The notes beneath the pieces were generated by a model that worked only from the letters and a program-made list of their open reading frames with translations, was not told the DNA's origin and ran no database searches. A stretch of 64,000 bases of DNA from Okamejei kenojei (lineage: Eukaryota): contig CM069142.1 of assembly GCA_035221665.1 (NCBI GenBank), positions 58,280,001 through 58,344,000 on the forward strand, given 5' to 3'. Of this stretch, positions 27,601 through 39,600 are shown in pieces. How positions within the stretch are numbered: the first letter of the stretch is position 1; each line of letters begins with the position of its first letter. Position numbers and translations under genes: made by a program.

Positions 27601-30600
27601 TTTTGGATGTTATCTCTCCTGCAGTAGTTTTGGATGTTATCTCCCCTGTAGTAGTTTTGGATGTTATATCTCCTGCAGTAGTTTGAGATGTTATCTCTAC
27701 TGCAGGACTTCGGGTCCTGGTCATGCCAGTAGTAATTTGGGATGTTGTCTCTCCTCCAGTAGCTTGGGACGTAGTCTCTCCTTTAATACTGGATGTGGTC
27801 TCTCCTGTAATAACTTGAGACATTGTCTCTCTTGTTGTACTCTGCGACATGGTCTCCCCTGTTGTACTTGGGGACATCATCTGTCCTGCAGTAGTTTGGA
27901 ACGAAGTCTCCACTGCAATAGTTTGGGCTGTGGTCACACCTGTTGCAGTTTGAGGCAATGTCTCTCCTGTAATAGTTGCCGATGTGATCTCTCTTACAAC
28001 AGTTTGGGATGCGGGCTCTACTGTAATAGGTTGAGACATGGACTCTCCTGATGTAGTTTTGGACATGAACTGCTCTGTAGTATTTTGGGATGTGGTCACT
28101 ACGGCAGTAGATTGGGACGTTATCTCTCCTGTAGTAGTTTCAGATGTGATCTCACCTGTAGTTGTTTTGGATGTTATCTCTACTGCCATACTTTGGGCCA
28201 TAGTCTCTCCTGGAATAGTTTGGGATGTGGTCTCCCCAACGATAGTTTGTGACGTGATCTCTCCTGTGGTAGTTTTTAACATTTTCTCTCCTGCAGGAGT
28301 CTCGTCTGAGGTCTCTCCTGCAGTAGTTTGGGCCATGGTTTCTCCTGCAGTAGTTTGGGCCATGGTTGCTCCTATAGTAGTTTTGACCATTGTCTTTCCT
28401 GCAGTAATTTTGGACATCGTCTCCCCAATTGTAGTTTGGGACATCATCTCTCCTCCAGTAGTTTGGGGGATGGTCTGTTCTGCAGTAGTTTGGGACATGG
28501 TCTCTCCTATGGTGGTTTTTAATGTCACCTCTCCTTCAGTAATTAGAGCCATGTTCTCTCCTGCAGTAGTTCTGGATGTCATCTCTCCAGCTGTAGTTTG
28601 TGATTTTGCCTCTGCTGCAGTACTTTTGGTCACGGTTACACCCTCAATAGTTTGGGATGTTGTCCCTCCTCCAGTAGCTTGGGCCGTGCTCTCTCCTGAA
28701 ATAGTTCTGAACGTAGGCTCTCCTGCAGTAGTTTGGGACACGGTCTCCCCTGATGTACTTTGGGACATCATCTCTCCTCTTGTAGTTTGGGACCAGGTCT
28801 CTACTGCAGTTTCTTCGGCCGTGATCACATCTGTTGCAGTTTGGGACATGGTCTCTCTTGTTGTAGTTTGGGACATGGTCTGTTCTGCAGTAGTTTGGGA
28901 TGTTGTCTCAACTGCAGTAGCATGGGCCGTGGTCTCTTCTGCAATAGTTTGGGACGTGGTCTCATCAGTAGTAGATTGAGACATTGTCTCTTCTGTGATA
29001 GTGTACTTTGTTCTACTTTGGGACATCATCTCTCCTCCAGTAGTTTGGGACATAGTCTGTTCTGCTGTAGTTTGGGATGTGGTCTCTCCTATGGTAGTTG
29101 TTAACGTTGTCTCTCCTTCAGTAGTTTGGGCCATTATCTCACCTGCAGTAATTTGCAATGATGACTGTCCTGTTGTAACTTGGGATGTGGTCTCCCCTTC
29201 AGAGGTTTGGGCCGTGGTCCCTCCCGTTGTACTTTGCGACATAGACTCTCCTGCTGTGATTTGGGATCTCATCTGCCTTGCAGTAGTTTGGGATGTAGTC
29301 TCTACTGTAGTAGATTGGGACATGGTCTCTCCTGTTGTAGTTTGAGATATGGTCTGTTCTGCAGAAGTTTGGGATGAGGTAAATCCTGCAGTAATTTGGG
29401 ACATCTTCTGTCCTGTTGCCATTTGAGACATAGTTTGGGACTTTGTCTCTCCTTCAGTAGTTTGGAACATGACCTCTCCTGCGGTAGTTTGGGATGATGT
29501 CTGTCCTTTTGTACGTTGGGACATAGTCTCTCCTGCTGTAATTTGGGATGTGGTCTCTATTGTGGTAGATTGGGACGTGGTCACTCCTATTGTAGTTTGG
29601 GACATCGTCTCTCCTGGAGTAGTAGGGGGCATGATCTCTACTGCAGTACTTTGTGTTATGGTCTCACCTGTTACAGTTTGGGACATTGTCACTCCTGTAG
29701 TAATTTCATATGTGATCTCTCCTGCAGTAAATTGGGATGTTGTCTCTCCTCCAGTAACTTGAGCCATAGTCTCTCCTGCAATAGCTTGGGACATGGTCTC
29801 TCCTGGTGTAGTTTGGAACAAAATCTCTCCAACTGTAGTTTGGGACACCATCGTCCCTGGCGTAGTCATTGACATTGTTTCTCCTGATACCATTCGTGAC
29901 ATCATCCCTCCTGCATTAGTTAGGGCAATGGTCTCTCCTGCCGTAGTTTGGGATGTGATCTCTCTTGTTGTAGTTTTGGTCTGTTCTGCAGTAATTTGGG
30001 ATGTGGCCACTCCTGAACTAGTTTGGGACATTGTTTTCCCTGTAGGTGTGATCTCTCCTACAGTAGTTTGAGATGTTGTCTCCCCTCCAGTAGCTTGGGC
30101 CGTAGTCTCTCCTGCAATAGTTCTGAATGTGGTCTCTCCTGTAATAGATTGAGATATTGTCTCTCCTATTGTACTCTGTGACATGGTCTCTCCTGCAGTA
30201 ATTTGGGATGTGGTCCCTCCTATGGTAGTTTCGGACATTGTCTCTCCTGTTGGAGCTTGGTCTGTGATCTCTCCTGCAGTAGTTTTGGCTGTTGTTCCTC
30301 CTGCAGTAGTTTTGGATGTGGTTTCATCTTCAGTACTTTGGGTTATGATTCTTCCTGATGTAGATTGGGACATGGTCACGCCTTCAGTAGTTGGGGATGT
30401 GGTTTCTCCTACAGCAGTTTGGGACATGATCTCTCCAGCAGTAGTTTGGGACATTATCTCTTCTGTAGTACTTACGGATGTCATCCCTCCTGCAGTCGTT
30501 TGGAATGTTGTCTTTACAGCAGTACTTTGGGCCATGGATACACCTGCAGTATTTTGGGATGTTGTCTCTATTGCAGTAGCTTTGGCCGTAGTCCCTTCTC

Positions 30601-33600
30601 CAATAGTTTGGGATGAGGTCTCTACTCCTGTAGTTTGGGCCTTGATCTCACCTGTTGCAGTTTGGGATATGGTCGCTCCTGTCATAGTTTGGGACATGGT
30701 CTGTTCTGCAGTAGTTTGGGATGTGGTCTCTCCCTGCAGTAGTTTGGGATGTTGTCTCAACAGTAGTAGCATGGGATGTGGTCTCTCCTGCAATAGTTTG
30801 GGACATGGTCTCAACAGTAGTAGATTGAGACATTGTCTCTTCAGTGACAGTGTAGTTTGTTGTACTTCGGGACATCATCTCTTCTCCAGTAGTTTGGGAC
30901 ATAGTCTGCTCTGCTGTAGATTGGGATGTGGTCTCTCCTATGTTAGTTTTTAACATGGTCTCTCCTGCAGTAGTTTGAGATGTGTTCGCTCCTGCAGTGT
31001 TTTGGTCTGTGGTCCCTCCGGTTATACTTTGGACTGTGGTCTCACCTGTTGGACTTTGGGAGATCAACTCTCCTGTAGTATTATCAGATGTGATCTCTCC
31101 TGCAGTAATTTGGAGTGTTGTCTCTCCTGCAGTGTTTTTGGCCTTAGTCTCTTCTATAATAGTTTGGGTCGCAGTCTCTCCTGCAGTAGAGCGTGTCATC
31201 TTATCTCCTGTTGTACTCTGAGACATGGTCTCTCCTGCAATAGTGTGGATAGCAGTCTCTCCTGCAGTAGAGCGTGTAATCGTATCTTCAGTTGTACTCT
31301 GGGACATGGTCTCTCCTGCAATAGTTTGGGATGTTGTCTCTCCTGCAGTAGAGTGTGTCATTGTATCTCCTGTTGTAGTCTTGGATATGGTCACCCCTGC
31401 AGTAGTTTGGGCCGTGTTCTCGCCTGTTGGAGTTTGGAACGTAGTCACTCCTAATGTAATTTGAGTTGTGGTCTCTCCTGCAGTAGTTTGGGATGTGGTC
31501 TCTCCTGTAGTAGATTTTAACATCTTCTCTCCTGCAATAGTTTGGGCCATTGTCCCTCCTGTTGTACTTTGGGATGTGGTCTCTCCTACTTTAGACTGTG
31601 ACATTGTCTCTCCTGTTGTAGTTTGGGACACAATCTCTCCTGTAGTTTGGGACATAATCTGTTCTGCTGTAGTCTGGGACATGGCCTCTCCTATTGTAGT
31701 TTTTAACGTGGTCTCTCCTGCAGTAATTTTGGACATTGTCTGTCCTGTTACAGTTTGAGACATGGTCTCTTCTGTGATAGCTTGGGACACTGTCTCTCCT
31801 TCTGTAGTTTGTGACATTAGCCCTCCTGCTGTAGTTTGGAGGGGGGACTGTCCTGTTGTAAGTCGGGATGTGGTCTCTCCTGTTGTACTTTGGGACATAG
31901 ACTCTCCTGCTGTAGTTTGGGACGTCATCTCTCCTGCAGCACCCTGGGATGTGGTCTCTACTGTAGTAGATTGGGACATGGTCTCCCCATTTGTAGTTTG
32001 AGACATGGTCTGTTCTGCAGAAGTTTGGGATGTGGTCACTCCTGCAGTAGTTTGGAACACCGACTCTCCTGTTATACTACGGGACACTGTTTCTCCTGTA
32101 GTAATTTGGGATGTGTTCTTTCCTGTGGGAGTGATGGACGTGGACTCTCCTTCAGTACTTTGCAATATGATTATTCCTATTGTAGATTGGGACATGGTCT
32201 CTCCTTCAGTAGTTAGGGATGTTGTTTCTCCTGCAGTAGTTTGGGACATGGATTCTCCTGTGTTAGTTTTTGACACTGTCTCTCCTGCAGTATTTTGGGC
32301 AGTGATGTCTCCTGTTGTACTTTGGGCTGTGGTCTCCCCTGGTCGAGTTTGGGACATGGTCTCTCCTGTAGTAGTTTTGGATGTGATCTCTCCTGCTGTT
32401 ATTTGAGATGTTGTCTCTCCTGCAGTTCTTTGGGCCATAGTCTCTCCTGCAATAGTTTGGGTCGTTGTCTCTCCTGTTGTACTTTGGGACGTGGTATCTA
32501 CTGTCGTTGTTTGGGATGTGGTTTTTCCTGCAGATGTGGGCTGTGACATCGTCTCTCCTGTTGTAATTTGGGACATGATCTCTCCTGTAATTTGGGATAA
32601 TGTCTGTCCTGTTGAAAGGTGGGATGTGATCACTCCAGCAGTAGTTTGGGATGTTGTCTCTATTGCAGTAGTTTGGGATGCTGTCTCTCCTGTGGAAGTT
32701 TTGGATAATCCTGTGGATTCTTCAGTACTTTCGGATATGATTTTCTTTATTGTTGATTGGGACATGGTCTCTTCTTCAGTAGATAGGGATCTGGTTTCTC
32801 CTATTGAAGTTTGGGACATGATTTCTTCTGTGTTAGATTTTGACATAGTCCCTCCTGTAGTCGTTTGGGACATGGTCTCTCCTGCAATAGTTTTGGACAT
32901 GGTATCTCCCATTGCACTTTGAGATATCGTATCTTCTTCTGTAGTTTGGGACATCATACCCCCTGCAGTAGGTTGGGGTGTTGTTTCTTCTGTAGTAGAT
33001 TGGGACATGGTCACACCTGTTGATGTTTGGGACATGGAATGTTCTACAGTAGTTTGGGATGTGGTCTCTTCTGATGTAGTTTGAGACATGATCTCTCCTG
33101 TAGTAGATTGAGACATTGTCTCTACTGTTGTACTCTGGGACATCCCTCGCACTGTAATTTGGGACATTATTTCTCCTGCAGAAGACTGAGACATGGTCTC
33201 TCTTGTAGTTTGAGACGTCATCATGCCTGCAGTAGTTTGTGTAATGATCTCTCCTGTGGTAGTTTTGGATGTGGATTCTCCTTCAGTACTTTGGGTTATG
33301 ATTTTTCCTGATGTGGATTGGGATGTGGGCTCTCCTTCAGTAGTTAGGGATGTGGTTTTTCCTGGAGTAGTTTGGGACATGGTTTCTCCAACAAGAGTTT
33401 GTGAGGTGATCTTTCCTGTGGTAGTTTTTGACATTGTCTCTCCTGCAGGAGTTTGGGCTGTGGTCCCTCCTGTTGTAGTTTGGGACTTGATCTCTTCTGC
33501 AATAGTTTGGGATATGTTCTCTTCTGATGTAGTTTTGGACATGATCTCTCCTACAGTTGTTTGGGCTGTCATCTCCCCTGTTGTACTTCGAGATATAGTC

Positions 33601-36600
33601 TCTCCAGCTGCAGTTTGGGACATCGTCATCTCTGCAGTAGTTTGGGGTGTGGTCTCTCCTGTTGCACTTTGGGATATTGTTTCTCTTGGTGTAGCTTGGG
33701 ACATCATCTCTCCTGCAATAGTTTGGGATGTTGTCCTTCCTGCGGTACTTTGGGTCATGGTGACTCCTGCCGTAGTTTGCGATGTAGTCTCTCCTGCAGT
33801 AGTTTGGGCCATAGTCTCCCCAGCAATAGTTTGAGATGTGGTCTCCCCTGTAGGAGTTTGTGATGCTGTCTCTCTTGTACTTTGGGATGTGGTATCTACT
33901 GCAGTCGTTGCGGATGTGGTCTGTCCTGCAGCAGACTGTGACATTATCTCTCCTGTTGTAGATTGGGACACGATCTCACCTGCAGTAATTTGGGATGATG
34001 TCTGTCCTGTTGTACGTTGGGACGAGATCTCTCCTGAGGTCTTTTTTGATGTACTCTCTGCTGCAGTAGTTTGGCCCATGGTCTCACCTGCCGAAGATTG
34101 GAATGTGGTTTCTCCTGCAGTAGTTTGGGATGTGATTTCACCTTCAGTAGTTTGAGACATTTTTCCTGATGTAGATAGGGACATGGTCTCTCCTTCAGTA
34201 GTTGGGTCCGTGGTCTCACCTGTTGGAGTTTGGGATGTTGTCTCTCCTGTAGTGGTTTCAGATGTGATCCTTGCTGTAATAGTTTGCGATATAATCTCTC
34301 CTGTTTGTGACATGCTCTCTCCTGCTGTAGTTTGGAGCATCATCCCCCCTGCAGTAGACTCGGACATTGTCTCTCCTGTTGTGGTTTGGGACATGATCTC
34401 TCCTTCACTAGTTTGGGTCGTGGTTTCCCCCGCAGTAGTTTTGAATGTAGTCCCTCTTGTGGTAGATTGGGACATTGTTTCTCCAGTTGTAATTTGGGAC
34501 ATGATCTCACCTGTTGTAGTTTGGGAAATGGTCACTTCTGCAGAAGTTTCAGATGTGGTTTCCTCTGCAATAGTTTGGGCCGTGGACTCCCCTGTTGTAC
34601 TTTGGGATGTTGTCTCTCCTTCAGTAGTTTGGGCCGTGATCTCTCTTGCAGTAGATTGGGACATGATCTCTCCTGCAGTAATTTGGGACAATGTCTGTCC
34701 TATTGTAGTTTGGGATGTAGTCTCTCTGGCAGGAGATTGGGACATGGTCTCTCCTGCAGTAGTTTGTGGCATGATCTCTCCTGAGGAAGGTTTTGACGTT
34801 GTCTCACTTGTTGTAGTTTCAGACATGATCTCTCCTTTGGTAGTTTGGGCCGTGGTGTCACCTGCAGTGGATTGGGACATGAATTCTCCTGCAGTAGTTT
34901 GGGATATGGTCCCTCCTGTGGTAGTCTCAGTTTCAGACATGATTACTCCTGTGGTAATTTGGTGTGTTGTCTGCACTGTAGTACTTTGGGGTCTGGTGTC
35001 TCTTGCAGTAGTTAGGGAAGTGGTCTCATCTGTTCTAGTTTGGGACGTGTTCTCTTCAGCAGTAGCTTGGATGATGATATCTTCTGTGGTAGTTTGGGAC
35101 GATGTCTGTCCTGTTGTATGTTGAGGTCTGGTCTCTCCTGCAGTCGTTTGGAAAGTGGTCTCCTCTGTTGTAGTTTGGGACGTGATCTTCCCTGTGGTAG
35201 TTTGGGACATGAATTCCCCGTCAGTACTTTGGGATATGATTTTTCCAGTTATAGATTGGGATATGGTGTCTTCTTCAAAAGTTTGGATCATTCCTACAGT
35301 AGTTAAGGACATGCTTTCTCCTGCAGCAGTTTGTGACAGGATCTTTCCTGTAGTAGATTGAAGCATCATCTCTCCGGCAGTAGTTTGGGATGTGGTTTCT
35401 TCTGTTGCAGTTTGAGACATGACATCATCTGTCGTAGATTGGAATGTTGTCTCACCTTCAGTTGCTTGGGTGGTGGCCTCTCCTGCAGTAGATAGGGATG
35501 TAGTTTCACCTTCAGTAATTAGAGATATGACTTGTCCTGTTGTAGATTGGGACATGATCTCTCCTTCAGTAGTTAGGGATATGGTTTCTCCTGGAGTAGT
35601 TTGGGATGTTGTCTCTCCTGCCGTAGCTTGGGATTTAGTCTCTCCTATAGTTGATTGGGAAATGTCCTGTTCTGCAGTAGTTTGGGATGTGATCACTCCT
35701 GCATTTGTTTGGGCTGAGGTCTCACCTGTTGTACTTTGGGATATCGTCTCACCTGTTGTAGTCTGGGACATGGTATCTCCTGTCGTTGTTTTGAACGTGA
35801 AATCTCCTTGAGTACTTAAGGATATGATTTTTCCAGTTGTAGATTGGGATATGAATTGGGACATCGCCTCTCCTGCAGTAGTTTGAGATGTTGTCTCTAC
35901 TGCAGTAGCTTGGGCCATAGTCTCTCTTGCAATAGTTTGAGACATGGTCTCTACTGTAGTAGATTGAGACATTGTATCTCCAGTTGTACTCTGGGACATC
36001 ATCTCTCCTGCAGTTGTTTGGGCTGTAGTCTCATCTGATGTTGTTTGGGATACGGTCCCTCCTGTCATAGTTTGAGACATGGTCTCTCCTGCTGTAGTTT
36101 GGGACAACATCTGTCCTGTTGTACTTTGGGATGTGGCCTCTCCTGCAATAATTTGGGATATGGTCTCTTCGTATGTAGTTTGGGACATGATCTCTCCTAT
36201 GGTAGTTTTGAATTTCATCTCTCCTGCAGTAGTCTGGGCTATTGTCTCTCCTGCTGTAGTTTCATACATGGTCTCTCCTGCAGCAGTTTGGGATGTGGTT
36301 TCTCCTTCAGTAGTTTGAGACATGATTTTTCCTGTTGTAGATTCAGACATCGTCACTTCTCTAGTATTTACGGCTGTGGTCTCTCCTGCAGTACTTTGGG
36401 CTGTGGTCTCCCCTGCAATAGTTTGGGATATACTCTCTCCTACTGTAGTTTGAGACTTCATCTCCCATGCAGTAAACTGGGTCATTGTCTCTCCTGTTGT
36501 AGTCGGGGACACAATCGTTCCTGCAGACGTTTGGGCCATTGTCTCTCCTGCAGCAGTTTGGGATGTGTTTCCTTCTGTTGTAGACTGGGATATCATCTCT

Positions 36601-39600
36601 CCTTTTGTAGTTTGGGATGTATTCCCTCTGGTTGTAGTTTGCAACATGGTCTCTCCTGCAGAAGTTTCAAATGTGGTCGCTTCTTCAATAGTTTGGGACA
36701 TAGTCTCTCCTGAAGTAGTTTGGGCCATGTTTTGTTCTGCAGTAGATTGTGATATGGTCTCTCCTGTTGTAGTTTCAGACATGATCTCTCCAATGGTAGT
36801 TTGGACCGTGGTCTCTCCTGCTGTGGATTGGGACACGAACGATCTTTCAGTAGTTAGGGATATGGTCTCTCCTGCAGTAGTTTGTGTCTTGGTCCCTCCT
36901 ATTGTACTTTGGATCATTGTCTCTCCTGTAGTAGTTTTTGATGTTATCTCTCCTGCAGTAGCTTGGGCTGTGGTATACCCTGCAATAGTTAGAGATGTGG
37001 TATCTCCTGTGGTAGACTGGGATGTTGTCTCTCCTGTTGTTCTCTGGGACATGATCTCTCCTTCAGTATTTTGGGCCGTGGTCTCTCCTGTAGTAGTTTT
37101 TGCTTTGGTTTCTCCTGCAGTAGATTGGGACATAATCTCCCCTGTTGCAGTTTGGGACATGATCTCTTCTGTGGTAATCTGAGACGTTGTCTGTCCTGTT
37201 GTACTTTGGGATGCTGTCTCCCCTGCAGTAGATTGGAACATGGTTTCACCTTCAGTAGTTTGGGGCATTAACTCTGCTGTGGTAGGTTGTGACGTTGTCT
37301 CTCCTATTCTACTTTGGGACAGGGTCTCTCCTGCAGTAGTTTGAGTTGTGGATTCTCCTTCAGTACTTTGAGATTTGATTTTTCCTGTTGTTGATTGAGA
37401 CATAGTCTCTCCTTCTATAGTTAGAGATGTAGTCTCCCCCGCAGTAGTTTGGGAATTGATCTCTCCTGTGGTAGTTTTTGATGTTGTCTCTTCTGCAGTC
37501 GTTTTTGCTGTGGTCTCTCCTGTAATAGATTGAGACATCGTCTCACCTGTTATAGTTTGGGACATCATCTCTCCTGTGGTAGTTTTGGATGTGATCTCTC
37601 CTGCAGTAGTTTGGGATGTTGTCTCTATTGCAATACTTTGGGTTGTGTGTACTCCTGCAGTAGTTTGCGATATGATTTCTCCTGTAGTAGATTGAGACTT
37701 GGTCTCTCCTTCAGAAGTTAGTGATGTGTTTTTTCCTGCAGCAGTTTGGGACATGCTTGGGACATTCTCTCCTCCAGTACCTTGGGACATTGTCCCACCT
37801 GTTGTAATTTGTGACTTGGTCTCTTCCGCAGTAGTTTGGGCCATGGTCTCCCCTGCAGTAGGTTGGGACATGATTTCACCTTCAGTAGATTGAGACATGA
37901 TTTTTCCTGTTGCAGATTGAGACACGGACACTCCTTCAGTAGTTAGGGATATGGTCTCTTTTGCAATAATTTGGGGCATGGTCTCTCCTATTGTACTTTG
38001 GGTTGTGGTGCCTACTGCAGTAGTTTGGGCTGTGGTCCCTCCTATAGTAGATTGGGTCATCGTCTCTCCTCTAGTAGTTTCAGATGTGATCTCTCCTGAA
38101 ATAGTTTTGAATGGAGTCTCCCCTGCAATACTTTGGGCCATGGTTTTTCCTGTAATCGTTTGGTAAGTGGTTTCTCCTGTAGTAGATTGAGTCATCGTCT
38201 CTCCTGTTCTACTCTGAGACATGGTCACTCCTGCAGCACTTTGGGCCGTGGTCTCTCCTGTTGTACTTTGGGACATACTCTCTCCTGTTGACATCATCTC
38301 CCCTGCAGTAGACTGGGACATCTTCTCTCCCATTGTAATTGGGGACATGATCGTTACTGCAGTTGTTTGAGCCGTGGTATCTCCTGCAACTGTTTGGGAT
38401 GTGACCTCTCCTGTAGTAGATTGGGACATTCTCTCTCCTGTTGTAGTTTGGGACATTGTCTCTTCTGCAGTAATTTTGGGAATGGTCTTTCCTGAAGTAG
38501 TTTGTGTTGTGGTCTCTGCAGTAGTCTGTGCCATGGTCTCTCCTCCAGTAGATGGGGACATGATCTCTCCTGCAGTAATTTGGGAAGATGTCTGTCCTGT
38601 TGTACTTTGGGCTGAGGTCCCTGTGGGTGCGTTTGTTGTCTCAGCTGCCGTGGTGGTTGAACTCTCAGATAATGTAATTGTCGAGGTAGTCTCAGTTTGT
38701 GTCACTCTTGAGCTGGTCCCACTTGGTGTAGCTTTTGGGTTGGTCTCACCTGAAGTAGTTGTTGGGGTGGTCTCTACTGGTGTAACTCTTGAGGTGGTTT
38801 CATCTGGGATTATTGTTGTGGTGGTTGCTGCTGAGGTGGTTTCAGCAGGTGTTGTTGGTGAGGTGGTCTCAGCTGGCATCACTGTTGAGGCAGTCTCTGC
38901 TGGTATCTCCGTTGGGGTGGTTTCGGCCTCTGTCATTGTTGTGGTGGTCGCACTTGGTGTAGGTGTTGAGGTTGTTGATAAGGTGCTCTCAGCTGCTGTC
39001 GCTGTTGACCTGGTCTCACCTGGTGTACTTGTTGAAGTGGTCACACCTGGTGTAACTGTTGAGAAGATCTTTGTTGCTGTTGAGGTGATCTCCACTGGTA
39101 TCGATGTTGAGCTGGTCTTAACTGGTAGAGTTATGGAGGTGATGAATGTGTGTGTGGTTGTTGAAGTGATCTCAGCTGGTGATTTTGTTGAGCTAGTCTC
39201 AGCTGGTGCTGCTGATGGAGTGGTCTCAACTAGTACAGTTGTGGAGATGGTCTCTGCCAATGTAGTTGTTGAAGTGGCCTGTGTTGGTGTTGCTTCTGAG
39301 GTGGTCTCAGATGGTGTCAGTGTAGGAGTGGTCACTGCTGGTGCAGTTGTTGCTCTGGTCTCAGCTAGTTTTGGGATGGTCTCTGCTGGTGCAGCAATTG
39401 AGGTGGTCTCAACTGTTGTTGCTGCTGAGGTAGTCTCAGCAGGTGTCAATGGTGAGGTGGTCTCAGCAGGTGTCAATGGTGAGGTGGTCTCAGCAGGTGT
39501 CAATGGTGAGGTGGTCTCAGCTGATGTCACTGTCTCTGCTGGTATCGCTGTTGGGGTGGTTTCAGCAACTGTCATTGAGATGGTCGAACTTGGTGTAGTT

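Larger units (their letters stand above)
4500..38620 (-). repeat. Coding minisatellite domain B, 27-bp unit, peptide consensus about SQTTAGET(T/M)
   Basis: Plus-strand motif gtagtttgggacatggtctctcctgca recurs throughout ~34 kb. Confidence 0.92.

Noticed and set aside
15542-30814. Separate mucin genes or short introns between the ORFs
   Set aside because: The breaks are 1-2 bp indels within continuous repeat units, with no splice signals, promoters or signal peptides.
4500-38620. Regular 27-bp repeats resembling a CRISPR array or non-coding satellite
   Set aside because: There are no unique spacers and no cas genes, the context is eukaryotic, and the variation preserves the reading frame.
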